From positions 22,807,130-22,871,129 of the forward strand of contig NC_092379.1 in the NCBI RefSeq assembly GCF_030028105.1: a stretch of DNA of 64,000 bases, given 5' to 3'. The notes beneath the pieces were generated by a model. The model did not search any database. It was not told the DNA's origin and saw nothing but the letters and a program-made list of their open reading frames with translations. The position numbers and the translations under genes were made by a program. This document shows, piece after piece, positions 33,535 through 46,710 of the stretch; the stretch's first letter is position 1, and every line of letters starts with the position of its first letter. Source of the DNA: Mobula birostris. Its lineage: Eukaryota.

Positions 33535-36436
33535 CCAGGCTGTAACTATCAGGACTACTAGGACCATCCAGTATCGGGAGGACTGTGACGGTATCAGTCA
33601 CTACTCCCAGTCCCATTGATTCATCGGTCAGTTCGACATCCAGAATCAGAATTAGAATCAGGTTTATTATCACCGGCATGTGTCGTGAAATTTGTTGACT
33701 TAGCAGCAGCAGTTCAATGCAATACATAATATAAAAGAAAAAATAATTACTTTATACTTTATTGTCACCAAACAATTGATACTAGAACACACAATCATCA
33801 CAGTGATATTTGATTCTGCGCTTCCGCTCCCTGGAGTACAAATTGATAGTAAATTTTAAAAATTGAAATTATAAATCATGAATAGAAAATAGAAAATGGA
33901 AAGTAAGGTAGTGCAAAAAAAACGAGAGGCAGGACCGGATATTTGGAGGGTACGGCCCAGATCTGGGTCGTAATAAATAAATAAATTTCAGTATGTGTAC
34001 ATTGAATAGATTAAAAATCATGCAAAAACAGAAATAATATATATTAACCAAGTGAGGGAGTGTTCGAGGGTTCAATGGCCATTTAGGAATTGGATGGTAG
34101 AGGAGAAGAAGCTGTTCCTGAATCGCTGAGTGTGAGCCTTCAGGCTTCTGTACCTCCCACCTGATGGTAAAAGTGAGAAAAGGGAATGCCCTGGGTGCTG
34201 AATGTCCTTAATAATGGACGCTGTCTTTCTGAGACACCGCTCATTGAAGATGTCCTGGGTGCTTTGTAGGCTCGCACCCAAGTTGGAGCTGACTAAATTT
34301 ACGACCCTTCTTTCGGTCCGGTGCAGTACTCCCCCCAATACCAGACAGTGATACAGTCTGTCAGACTGCTCTCCACAGTACATCAATAGAAGTTTCTGAG
34401 TGATTTTGTTGACAGACCAAATCTCTTCAAACTCTTCAAGTAAATCTCTTCAGACAAAATCTCTTCAAGTATATTCACTGTATTGCCTTCATTGTAGCTG
34501 CACCAATATGTTGGGACCAGGTTAGATCCTCAGAGATCTTGACAGTCAGGAACTTGAAACCGCTCAGTCTCTCCACTTCTGCTCCCTCTATGCGGATTGG
34601 TATGTGTTCCTACGTCTTACCCTTCCTGAAGTCCACAATCAGCTTTTTCATCTTACTGATGTTGAGTGCAAGGTTGTTGCTGTGACACCACTCCCCTGGT
34701 TGGTGTATCTCGCTCCTGTACCTCCATCTGAGATTCTACCAACAATACAATGGTTGTATCATCAGCAAATTTATGGATGGTATTTGAGCAATGCTGAGCC
34801 ACAGTCATGGGTATAGAGAGGGTAGAGCAGTGAGCTAAGCACACACCCCTGAGGTGCCCCAGTGTTGATCATCAGCGAGGAGGAGACATTATTGTCAATC
34901 TGTACAGATTGGTCTTCCAGTTAAGAAGTTGAGCATCTAATTGCAGAGGGAGGTACACAGGCCCAGGTTCTGTAAATTATCTCCCGCTGCAAAAGTCGAG
35001 CTAACCCATGCCTGTAACTGTCTTGTACGGTTGCCCACTCGGTTCCAGGCGGATCCAGCAACACACTGTGGATTTGAAGATGAGGATATGGGATCATGTG
35101 GAAGAGAGGACCAAAGAGACGCCCCAACATTCTGGGGAACTTGCAGCTAAGCTTAAGAACACAGCCACCAGGTCTCAAGTAATGGAACAGACTCCATTAT
35201 GCCGAGCTTTGAAGCCTATTTGCTGGAGGGAATGTACCCTGTGTAAAGTCTTGCTGCCGTCGCCTGAGGATTCCGATTGGGATTTAGACTCTGATTTGGC
35301 CTGTTTCCACAAATGAGCTTCGTGAGCCCAGGGAGCAGACTCTGAGGTTGGTTGAGTCACCCTGTCACCTAAAAAAACAAGGGGGTCATCCTCGAAAGAA
35401 GGTCCCGAGGGGTTAGCACACCCAAACCTGTTGAAAGTGCTTCCATCTACAAGGACCTGGAGGAGGTCTTCAGCAAGGGAAAGGCATCAACTCTTCCACC
35501 ACACCAACCCCACAACTGTGCGATAGACCTGCAGCTCGGTACCTGTCCCCCAAGGGGTTGATTGTATGTGCTCTTGGGCCCAGAGAGAAGTGTATTGGAA
35601 GAGTATATCAAGGGGGCTCTTGCCACAGGCTTCATTCAGCCCTCCACCACACCTGCTGGCACAGGCTTCTTCTTCGCACAAAAGAACGATGGGAGCCTGC
35701 AACGATGCATTAATTATAGGGAATTCAACTGCATGATGGCCAAAAATCACTATCCCCTACCACTCATGAATATAGACCATTGATGTGGGCCGTTACAACA
35801 CCTTACAGCATTCCGCGCATGGGTTGTCACCGTTCAAGTGAGTTTGGTTATCCTCTGCCTCTCTTTACATACAAGGAGGCAGAGGTCGGGGTCCCTGAGG
35901 CTGAAGATTTCATCCAACGCTGCAAGCAGAAATGGATTAGGACAAGAGAAACTTTGCAGCTCCCCAAAGCTCCAAAGATCAATCCCACCTTCCAAATCTC
36001 TAAATTAAAACCTGTCTGCATCAGCCCCTTAGCCCCACCACCATCAGCCCCGCTGCCCCGGTGAGAAGACTTTTGTACTTGCGTACTGCTCTGGGTATTT
36101 GACAATACCTCATGGACTGGGAATTATTCGGACTCCAGGAGAGGTGCTGGGTGCCTGATAGAGATATCTGAGATCCTGCTCTCTTCCACAACTCTCATCA
36201 CTGCCTCTCCAAGTAGCCAGGGTCGGCAGGAATCAGCGTACATAATAGGTCCTGTTACGAGGCACCCCCAACAGTCCCTGCTTCCGTAATTTCGACTCTG
36301 ACTCTTCGCAGTGCAGATAGCTGGTGCGGCCCCTTTAAGGATTCTGGATGGTCCTGCTAATTGGTAACGATGTTTTGGGCACAAAGATACCCCAGCAATT
36401 GAGTCCAAACCATCCTCATCAAGGACTCTCGTCACA
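33535..36436 (+). mobile_element. Ty3/Gypsy chromovirus, 3' part: protease region, RT fragment, chromodomain and 3' LTR (36253-36436), split by a Rex1 insertion
   Basis: RT peptide YIKGALATGFIQPS.TPAGTGFFF..KNDGSLQRCINYR..N....KNHYPLPLM; chromodomain-like YLMDWE..G..ERCWVP...I.DP near 36105-36180. The LTR runs TGTTACGA...TCACA and is followed by GTCTT. Confidence 0.85.
33645..34975 (-). mobile_element. Rex1/Babar LINE 3' part with (agaatc)n tail
   Basis: Peptides IHKFADDTTIV and CLRKTASIIKDIQHPGHSLFSLLPSGGRYRSLK; tail near 33642-33660. Confidence 0.85.
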
Positions 36437-39100
36437 GTCTTTGTACATATTGGCACAAATGACATAGGGAGATAAGGTGAGGTGGTCCCAAAGAGAGATA
36501 TTAGGAAGCAAGGTACAAAGCTGAGGAACAGAACCTCCAGGGTAGTAATCATTGGATTGCTGCCTGAGCCACATGTCAATGAGGGTAAGAATAGGCTGAT
36601 TTGCAGGTGAATGTCTGGCTCAGGAACTGGTGCAGGAGGCATGGGTTCAGATTTATGGATTATCAGGACCTCTTCTGGGGAAGATATAACATGTACAAAA
36701 GAGATAGGTTACGCCTGAGCCTGAGAGGTCCCATATCCTTGCAGGCAGATTGACTATTCTGTATTGGGTATTCTACAATGAACTGGAATTGATTAGTGAA
36801 ATCTGAGAAGAAGCAGCTAAAGTTAGATGTATCATTATTACAGTGGAGCAAAGGAAGTTATAGAGGCATGAGAGAGGAGTTGATTGCTATAATGGATTGG
36901 AAAAGAACACTGGCAGGGATGATGGTCGAGCAACAATAGCTGGAATTTCTGAAAGCAACTCAGAGGGCAAAAGATCTATACATTCCAAAAAGGAAAAAGT
37001 ATTCTAAAGACAAGATGACTCAGCCATGCCGAAGAAGGAAAGTCAAGGCCAACATAAAGCCAAAGAGAGGGCATATAACTGAGCAGAAATTATTGAGAAG
37101 TTAGTGTTATAAGCTGGGCATGGATGGCGGACCCAAAAGCAAGACAGAGACTAGGTTTATCGAGATAGGAAGGTGAGTAAGGAAGAGACAATGCTTGAAA
37201 TTGACACAGTCCCTGGATGAGTCTAGGGTTCAGGGCCAGGGCTGGGACTTGGACTAGAAACACAGGACCCGGACAGGGAACTAGGAACGAGGAGCCTGGA
37301 CTAGGAACACAGAATTCCGGAACCAGAACCTGGACAAGGACCCGGAACCTGGGTCTTGGTTTGGACTTGGACTCAGAACTGGAACCCGGGTCTGAGCTAG
37401 GACTCGGGATTAAGATCTTGGCAAGGACAGGACATGGCTACAGGACAGGACGAGGAACCCCTGGGCTAGCCGAGGAACGGGGACTAGATAAGGACACGAA
37501 GCTCAGATTTGGACCAGGCTTGGTCTTGGAACACAGAGCCTTGGACTTGAGATACTCCAGGGCAGGACGTGGCTCTTGGACTAAGTCTGGCTCGGCTCTT
37601 GGACTCGGCTTTGTTAGGCTCTGGGACGCGGGGCCGGGACCCTTTCTGGGACGCGGGGCCAGGACCCTTTCTGCTGAGGACACTTGCCGAGGGAACTGCC
37701 GAGGTAAACTGCCAAGGGACTCCTGGACTGGATGAGAACACAAACCCTTGACTTGGACAGGACTGGAACACAGCGCCTGGAACACAGAACACAGAGCCAG
37801 GACACCTCCTTGGGAACAGGAATTAGGGCCGGGACTTTACACAGAGTCAGGACCCCTCCTTGGGAACAGGAGCTAGGGCCAGGACTCTTCTTTGACACAG
37901 ACACTAAACACAGGAACACAAAGAGATAGTTCCAAACTCAACAATAAATAGTTCCTTATCTTGGCATGGCAAGGCTCTGGTCTCCCTCTGGCAGTTGAAC
38001 TTGACGGGGATGCAGGCAGGGCTTCAGAAGGAAGGGGAAGGGAACAGCCCAGCAGAGAATTCTTGGTTTGAGAGGTATTTATGTGCCAGCCCAAAACGAG
38101 AATCAGGTGCCTCAATTAAGGCACCCAATAGAACCTGGGAAAACAGGGAAAACCCGGAATATGGATCGAAGGACCGGACAATGAACCGGAATGTGGACTT
38201 GACGGACAAGACCATGACAGTTGGAGGACTGGGAAGCTTTTGAGAACCAGCATAAGTTAACTGAAAAAGTCTGTAAGAAGTTAAAGGTGGAATACGAAGG
38301 TAAGCTAGCCAATAATATTAATGAGGATACCAACAGTCTCTTCAGATATATGAAGTGTAAAAGAGAGGTGAGAGGTCATATTGGCCCACTGGAAAACGAT
38401 GCTGGGAGGGTGGTAATGAGGGACAAGGAAATGGCCGAAGAACTGAATAAATACATTTCATCAGTCTTCACTGTGGAAGACACAAGCAGCATGGTAGAAG
38501 TTCCAGGTGTCAGGGGTCATGAAGTGTGCTACCATTACCATGGAGAAGATTCTTGAGAAACTGAGGTAGATGAGTCACCTGGAGCAGATGGTGTACACCA
38601 CAACATTCAGAAAGAGGTGGCTGAAGACAATATAGAGGCATTAGTAATGATCTTTCAAGAAGCACTGGATTCTGGAATGGAGGACCGGAAAATTGCAAAT
38701 GTCACTCCACTCTTCAAGAAGGGAGAGAGAGAGAAGAAAGGAAATTATTGGCGAGTTTGTCATGGGGGAGGGGCAGGTAGTTTTTAGGGAGGCTACAGAA
38801 AGACTGAAGCAGATTAGCAGACTGGGCAAAGAACTGACAGATGGAATACAATGTCAGCAAATACATGGTCATGCTCTTTGGTAGAAGAAATTAAAGCTTT
38901 AACTTTTGACCAGGTGGACAGAAAATACAAAACTCTGAGGCACAAAGGAATTTGAGAGCCCTTGAGCAGGATTCTCTAAAGGTTAATTTGCAGGTTGAGT
39001 CTGTGGTGAGGAAGGCAAATGTGATGTTAGCATTCATTTCCAGAGGACTGGAATATTAAAACAAGGATATAATGTTGAGACTTTATAAAACACTGTTGAG
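36437..39100 (+). mobile_element. CR1 continuing after the Gypsy 3' LTR, interrupted by a solo LTR
   Basis: It resumes tgtacatattggcacaaatgac (VHIGTND of ORF1); ORF2 peptides lie at 38221-38556. Confidence 0.85.
37105..38219. mobile_element. Solo LTR (1115 bp)
   Basis: TG...CA termini, a 5-bp TSD GTTAG/GTTGG (one mismatch) in the host CR1, and internal short ggact/ggaac repeats. Confidence 0.8.
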
Positions 39101-39169
39101 GCCTCACTTCATCTTCCATCAGATTCTATTATATTCAGCCTTTTGTCACTCCCACCCATCACCTACCAG

Positions 39170-39670
39170 GGGGCACAGTTTTCAGGACATCGGGGTCTCT
39201 CTTCCCGCCAATACAGACATTTACACCACACGCTGCATCCGTAAAGCAAACACCATTATGAAGGACCACACGCACCCATCATACAAACTCTTCTCCCTTC
39301 TGCAATCTGGCAAAAGGCACCGAAGCGATCAGGCTCTCACGACCAGACTATGTAACAGTTTCTTCCCCCAAGCCATCAGACTCCTCAATACCCGGAGCCT
39401 GAACTGACACCAACCTACTGCCCTCTACTGTGCCTATTCTCTTGTTTATTATTTATTGTAATGCCTGCACTGTTTTGTGCACTTTATGCAGTCCTGGGTA
39501 GGTCTGTAGTCTAGTGTAGTTTTTGAGTTGTTTTACGTAGTTCAGTGTGGTTTTTGTATTGGTTCATGTAGCACCATGGTCCTGAAAAACGTTGTCTTGT
39601 TTTCACTGTGTACTGTACCAGCAGTTATGGTCGAAATGACAATAAAAAGTGACGATTTGACTTGACTTGC
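39170..39670 (+). mobile_element. Rex1/Babar LINE 3' end with (gactt)n tail
   Basis: Peptide RCIRKANTIMKDHTHPSYKLFSLLQSGKRHR; gacttgacttg near 39660. Confidence 0.8.
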
Positions 39671-39699
39671 TTGAAAGTTAACCTTTATATTTTGGTAGG

Positions 39700-41960
39700 A
39701 GTAATCAAAATGGGGCATACATGGTAAATGGTACGGCATTGAAGAATCCAGTAGAACAGAGTGATCCAGGAATAAAGGTGCATAGTTCCCTGAAGGTAGA
39801 ATCTCATGTGGATAGGGTGGTGAAGAAAGCTTTTGGTATGCTGGCCTTTATAAATCAGAGCACTGAGTAGAGTACAGAGAAGAGTTACTAGAATGTTACC
39901 TGGGTTTCAGCACCTGATTTACAAAGAAAGGTTGAACAAGTTAGGTCTTTATTCTTTGGAGCGTAGAAGGTTGAGTGGGGACTTGATAGAGGTATTTAAA
40001 ATTATGAGTGGGACAGATAGAGTTAACGTGGATAAGCTTTTTCCATTGAGCGTAGGAGAGATTCAAACAAGAGGACATGAGTTGAGAGTTAGGGGGCAAA
40101 AGTTTAGGGGTAACACGATGGGGAACTTCTTTACTCAGAGAGTGGTGGCTGTGTGGAATGAGCTTCCAGTAGAAGTGGTAGAGGCAGGTTCGATATTGTC
40201 ATTTAAAGCAAAATTGGATAGGTATATGGACAGGAAAGGAATGGAGGGTTATGGGCTGAGTGCAGGTCGGTGGGACTAGGTGAGAGTAAGCGTTCGGCAT
40301 GGACCAGAAGGACCGAGATGGCCTGTTTCTGTGCTGTAATTGTTATATGGTTATAGGGTGTTCTGCAAAAGGCCTTTCAAGTTCCTTTTATCTCAGATTT
40401 TTGGATTTTCTCCGTTTAGAAAATACTCCACACATTTATTTCTACTACCAAAGTGCATGATCATTCATTTTCCAGTATTATATTTCATTTGACATTTCTC
40501 GCCCATTCTCCAAATTCGTCTGTCCTTCTGCATCATACCCGTTTCCTCAACACTACCTGTTCCTCCACCAGTCTTTGTGTCATCTGCAAACTTGGCAACA
40601 AAGCCATCTATTTCATTATCTAAATCATTTATATACAGCATAAAAAATGTGGGCCCATCACTGACCCCTGCGGAACACCACTAGTCACTGGCAGCCAACC
40701 AGCCCAGGCCACTTTTATTCCCACTCGCTGACTTCTTCCAATCAGCCAATGCTCCAACCATCCTAGTAACATTCCTGAAATACCATGGGCTCTTAACTTG
40801 CTAAGCAGCCTCATGTGTGGCACCTTGTAAAAAGCCTTCTGAAAGTCCAAATATACGAAATCCACTACATGCCGTTTATCCATCCTACTTGTAATCTCCT
40901 CAAAGAATTCCAACAGGTTTGTCAGGCAGGGTTTTCCCTGATGGAAACCGCGCTGACTTAGTCCTATCTTGTCCTTGGTCACTGAGTATTCCGTCACCTC
41001 ATCCTTGACAATTGACTCGAACATCTTCCCAACCATTGAGGTCAGGCTAACTTGTCTATAATTTCCTTTCTGCTGTCTTCCTCCTTTCTTAAAGAGTGGA
41101 GTGACATTTGCAATTTTCCAGTCCTCTAGCACCATGCCAGAGTCCAATGATTTTTGAAGGATCATTTCCACTGCCACCACAATCTCTAATGCTCTCTCTT
41201 TCAGAACGCCAGGGTGCAGTTTCTCTGGTCTGGGTGACTTATGATCTTTTAGGTCTTCAGCCTTCTCTCTTGTAATAGTAACAGCACCCACTTCTCTTCC
41301 TTCCCACACTACAACATCGGGCATACTGCTGGTGTCTTCCACAGTGAAGACTGATGCAAAATTTTCATTTAATTCACCTGCCATCTCCTTGTTCCCCATT
41401 ATTATTTCTCCTGCCTCATTTGGTAGCGGTCCTATATCCACTCTCATTTCTCTTTTAATTTCTACATACTACAAAAAGCTTTTGCTATCCACTTTGATAT
41501 TACTGCTAGCTTGCTTTTATATTTTATCTTTTCCCTTCTAATGATTCTTTTCATTGTTCTCTGTAGGTTTTTAAAAACTTCTCAATCCTCTGTCTTCTCA
41601 ATAATTTTGCTTTGTTGTATGCCCTCTCTTTTGTTTTTACATCAGCTTTGAATTCCCTCGTCAGCCACAGTTGTACTATTTTACCATTTGAGTATTTCTT
41701 CATACTTGGAATACACATGTCCTGCACCTTCCTCATTTTTCCCAGAAACACATGGCATTGCTGCTCTGCTGACATCCCTGCTCGCAGATCCTTCCAATTT
41801 ACTTTGGTGAACTCCTCATACCACTGTAATTTCCCTTACTCCACTGAAATATTGCTATGTCAGACTTTACTTTCTCCCTATCCAATTTCAAGATGAACTC
41901 AATCACATTGTTATCACTAGTTCCTAAGGGTTCTTTACCTTAAACTCCCTGATCACCTCC
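39700..41960. mobile_element. CR1 3' end (+, 39700-40335) and CR1 ORF2 (-, 40350-41960)
   Basis: ORF 39893-40279 (LGLYSLERRRL); minus ORF 40629-41447 ([18 protein letters not shown]). Confidence 0.88.
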
Positions 41961-41964
41961 GGTT

Positions 41965-42361
41965 CAGAATCAGAATCAGAATCGGGTTTGTTATCACCAG
42001 CATGTGACGTGAAACTTGTTATCTTCACAGCAGCAGTTCAATGCAATACATAATCTAGCAGAGAGAGAAAAAATATATTAATAAATAAAATAAAACATAA
42101 TAAACAAACAAGTAAATCAATTACATATATTGAATAGATTATTAAAAAATGCGCAAAAACAAAAATACTGTATATGAAAAAGTGAGGTAGCGTCCAAAGC
42201 TTCAATGTCCATTTAGGAATCGGATGGCAGAGTGGAAGAAGCTGTTCCTGAATCGCTGAGTGTGTGCCTTCAGGCTTCTGTATCTCCTACCTGACGATCA
42301 CAGTGAGAAAAGTGCAAGCCCTGGGTGCTGGAGGTCTTTAATAATGGACGCTGCCTTCCTG
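41965..42361 (-). mobile_element. Rex1/Babar 3' end with (agaatc)n tail
   Basis: tcagaatcagaatcagaatc near 41965; same family as 33645-34975. Confidence 0.75.
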
Positions 42362-43020
42362 AGACACCACGGAAACACGAGGAAACCTGCAGATGCTGGA
42401 AATTCAAGCAACACACACAAAAAATGCTGGTGAACACAGCAGACCAGGTAGCATCTATAGGAAGAGGTACAGTTGATGTTTTGGGCTGAGACCCTTCGTC
42501 AAGGCTAACTGAAAGAAGAGATAGTGAGAGATTTGAAAGTGGGAGGGGGAGGGGGAGATCCGAAATGATAGGAGAAGACAGGAGGGGGAGGGATTGAGTT
42601 AAGAGCTGCAAAGTTGATTGGCAAAAGGGATACGAGGCCGAAGAAGGGAGAGGATCAGGGGACATGAGGCCGAGGGAGAAAGAAAGGGGGAGGGGAGCCC
42701 AGAGGATAAGCAAGGCTGTCCACCAGAGAAAGCAGGATCTCCCAGTGGCCACACATTTTAATTCCACGTCCCATTCTCATTCTGATATGTCTATCCACGG
42801 CCTCCTCTACTGTCAAGATGAAGCCACACTCAGGTTGGAGGAACAACACCTTATATTCCATCTGGGTAGCCTCCAACCTGATGGCATGAACATTGACTTC
42901 TCTAACTTCCGCTAATGCCCCACCTCCCATCCCTTATTTGTTTGTTTGTTTATTTCTTACTTACTTATTTTTTTCCTCTCTCTTTTTTTCTCCCTCTGTC
43001 CCTCTCACTATAACTCCTTG
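42362..43020. mobile_element. Penelope-like element with inverted 5' part
   Basis: 42362-42700 is the 3' UTR on the minus strand, with a degenerate hammerhead near 42471-42506. 42710-42960 is the GIY-YIG C-terminus on the plus strand. Confidence 0.85.
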
Positions 43021-43364
43021 CCCTCAGATAAATTCGACCTCAGATACCTGCTTGTGCATGAATGTGGTCCACAGTCAGTGGGAATTAACATTCATTTTAT
43101 GTGCATGGAGTGTGGATGTGAAGATGGAGGTATTTGAAAATTATATGTAATTCAAAGGGAGTATTCTAAGTAACATTGTAACTACAGAATTGTCCTGCTG
43201 TTACGTTTCATATTTAGCATATAAAAATGACATGTAATATTGGGTCAGGCAGGCCTCTTCTTCCAAGAGAGTCTGAGTATGATGCCTGCTGCTTGTTTTG
43301 CTGAATAAAGACTTCTATCACCACCAGCTTCACTGTCTCTCTGGTGACTTCGTTCACAGTAACA
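43020..43364 (+). mobile_element. Short LTR (43199-43364) with a possible Gypsy protease remnant upstream
   Basis: TGTTAC...GTAACA termini, internal TATAAAA and AATAAA; upstream peptide VDVKMEV. No TSD found. Confidence 0.45.
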
Positions 43365-43916
43365 ACAAGGGCTTTACCTGTGATGATCTAGTCTGTATCC
43401 ATAAATTTTTGTAGGCTTTTCTATTCAAGGGTGTTTCCTATACCAGTCCGAGACACAACCCACACACTCATCCCACTGGTTCCCGTCCCCACTACTCCCC
43501 TCTGCCCTCCGCACCTCCCTTCCTTTAGTTCATGCTCCACCTTCCTCTCCCATCAGATTCCATTATCTTCAGCCTTTTGCTACTGTTCCATTCCCCATCT
43601 GCCCGTCCACCCGCTCACCTGGCGGCCCCTATCACCTGACAGCACCTGCTCTACCCCTTCCCTCGCCTCTTTACCCCGGTCACCTCCCCTCTGTCTTTCA
43701 GTCCACATGAAAGATCTCAACCCTACTTCGTCTCCAGTTCCACTCGAGATAGAGCTTATTCTACGCGCAGAGGCGCTTGGGTACGTAGTGTCTCCATTTC
43801 ATTATTTGGAAGAGAATCGCAACTGCCATTAAACATCGTTTTCTTTTTTAAAAACAACACATGTGACCATCAAATGGCAAATTCGCTCCCAATGTTCCTC
43901 GAGGCTTCAGAAATAC

Positions 43917-44300
43917 CGTGCGGAAATAATAATTTATACGGCAATGACCGGTAAACATCACCATTCGGTGCAGGCGTAAAGCTGCTATGCTTTTCTTCCC
44001 AAAGTTATCTGTGTTCAATCATAAAATTTATAACCTCCAAAATTTTACAGCTTTGATGAACCATCCACTTTAATTTTGTGAACAAAATGGACCTTTCCGA
44101 AATGTTTTCATGCGATTCAACCGCAGCACGTTTTTAAAAAAAACTTGACCAATGGTAGAGCACGTCGTATGACGGCTATGCGCGCAAACCAATGGGTGGC
44201 AACGTGCGGACCACCAATCAACCAATAGTGACAGGCGGTCTGCATGTTTCTCTAATCCCGTGAAAGATGGGTGGGAGGACCGTCGGTCCTTTTAACCAAC
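43917..44300 (+). promoter_or_regulatory. CCAAT-rich promoter-like module, copy 2 (truncated by a CR1)
   Basis: Collinear with 15147-15520. Four CCAAT words within about 44145-44230, CpG retained, with GGGTGGCAAC and GGTGGGAGG conserved. Confidence 0.5.
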
Positions 44301-46445
44301 AGTAAGCCCCCACCTTAGATTCCTCCATATACCTGACTAGTGGTCTCTCAAACTTCACTAGTGTATCTGCCTCCACCACTGACTCAGGCAGTGCATTCCA
44401 TGCACCAACCACTCTCTGAGTAAAAAACCTTCCTCTAATATCCCCCTTAAATTCCCACCCCTTACCTTAAAGCCATGTCCTCTTGTATTGAGCAGTGGTG
44501 CCCTGGGGAAGAGGCGCTGGCTATCCACTCTATCTATTCCTCTTATTATCTTGTACACCTCTATCATGTCTCCTCTCATCCTCCTTCTCTCCAAAGAGTA
44601 AAGCCCTAGCTCCCTTAATCTCTGATCATAATGCATACTCTCTAAACCAGGCAGCATCCTGGTAAATCTCCTCTGTACCGTTTCCAATGCTTCCACATCC
44701 TTCCTATAGTGAGGTGACCAGAACTGGACACAGTACTCCAAGTGTGGCCTAACCAGAGTTTTACAGAGCTGCATCATTACATGTCGACTCTTAAACTCTA
44801 TCCCTCGACTTATGAAAGCTAACACCCCATAAGCTCTCTTAACTACCCTATCCACCTGTGAGGCAACTTTCAGGGATCTGTGGACATGTACCCCGAGATC
44901 CCTCTGCTCCTCCACACTACCAAGTATCCTGCCATTTACTTTGTACTCTGCATTGGAGTTTGTCCTTCCAAAGTGTACCACCTCACACTTCTCCGGGTTG
45001 AATTCCATCTGCCACTTCTCAGCCCACTTCTGCATCCTATCAATGTCTTTCTGCAATCTTCGACAATCCTCTACACTATCTACAACACCACCAACCTTTG
45101 TGTCGTCTGCAAACTTGCCAACCCACCCTTCTACCCCGACATCCAGGTCGTTAATAAAAATCACGAAAAGTAGAGGTCCCAGAACAGATCCTTCTGGGAC
45201 ACCACTAGTCACAATCCTCCAATCTGAATGTACTCCCTCCACCAACACCCTCTGCCTTCTGCAGGCAAGTCAATTCTGAATCCACCTGGCCAAACTTCCC
45301 TGGATCCCATGCCTGCTAACTTTCTGAATAAGCCTACCGTGTGGAACCTTGTCAAATGCCTTACTAAAATCCATATAGATCACATCCACTGCACTACCCT
45401 CATCTATATGCCTGGTCACCTCCTCAAAGAACTCTATCAGGCTTGTTAGACACGATCTGCCCTTCACAAAGCCAAGCTGACTGTCCCTGATCAGACCATG
45501 ATTCTCTAAATGCCTATGGATCCTATCTCTAAGAATCTTTTCCAACAGCTTTCCCACCACAGACGTAAGGCTCACTGGTCTATAATTACCCGGACTATCC
45601 CTACTACCTTTTCTGAACAAGGGAACAACATTCACCTCCCTCCAATCCTCCGGTACCATTCCCGTGGACAACGAGGACATAAAGATTCTAGGCAGAGGCT
45701 CAGCAGTCTCTTCTCTCACCTCGTGGAGCAGCCTGGGGAATATTCCGTCAGGCCCCGGGGACTTATCTGTTCTAATGTATTTTAATAACTCCAACACCTC
45801 CTCTCCCTTAATATCAGCATGATCCAGAACATCAACCTCACTCATATTGTCCTCACCATCATCAAGTTCCCTCTCATTGGTGAATACCGAACAGAAGTAT
45901 TCATTGAAGACCTCGCTCACTTCCACAGCCTCCAGCCACATCTTCCCACCTTTATCTCTAATCGGTCCTACCTTCACTCCTGTCATCCTTTTTTTCTTCA
46001 CATAATTGAAGAACGCCTTGGGGTTTTCCTTTACCCTACTCGCCAAGGCCTTCTCATGTCCCCTTCTTGCTCTTCTCAGCCCCTTCTTAAGCTCCTTTCT
46101 TGCTTCTCTATATTCCTCAATAGACCCATCTGATCCTTGCTTCCTAAACCTCATGTATGCTGCCTTCTTCCTCCTGACTAGATTTTCCACCTCACTTGTC
46201 ACCCATGGTTCCTTCACCCTCCCATTCTTTATCTTCCTCACCGGGACAAATTTATCCCTTACATCCCGCAAGAGATCTCTAAACATCGACCACATGTCCA
46301 TAGTACATTTCCCTGCTAAAACGTCATCCCAATTCACACCTGCAAGTTCTAGCCTTATAGCCTCATAATTTGCCTTTCCCCAATTAAAAATTTTCCTGTC
46401 CATTTGATTCTATCCTTTTCCATGATAATTATAAAGGCCAGGGAG
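44300..46445 (-). mobile_element. Relatively young CR1 ORF2, 5'-truncated
   Basis: Long ORFs 45270-46403 and 44358-45248 carry the complete RT motifs. Confidence 0.95.
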
Positions 46446-46674
46446 CGGTGGTCACTGTCCCCCAGATGCAAAGATCTGTGCTCTGAAGTAATAGAACTAT
46501 TATTTAAAGCAATAATCCTCTGATCCTTCCTGCAAAATGCTGTTAATGTTAAATCGTATTGAGATAACTTTTAAATCGTCCATCCCCTCTTGATTATGTC
46601 TTGTTGATTACAATATTCACACCTCCCATTGTTGTGTTTCTTTATGAAAAACAATGTACTTTAACCCCGTACAA

Positions 46675-46710
46675 TGTCCTGACGAAGGGTCTCGGCCTGA
46701 AACGTCGACT
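46675..46710 (+). ncRNA. Minimal type I hammerhead ribozyme motif with intact core, in a 102-bp insertion (46668-46769)
   Basis: GTC-CTGACGA-AGG gtctcgg CCT-GAAAC-GTC-GAC. The insertion is flanked by the 12-bp TSD gtactttaaccc (46656-46667, 46770-46781). Confidence 0.82.

Noticed and set aside
37217-37929. Several long low-complexity ORFs (Gly/Leu/Pro/Arg-rich)
   Set aside because: They arise from short ggact/ggaac repeats inside a solo LTR.
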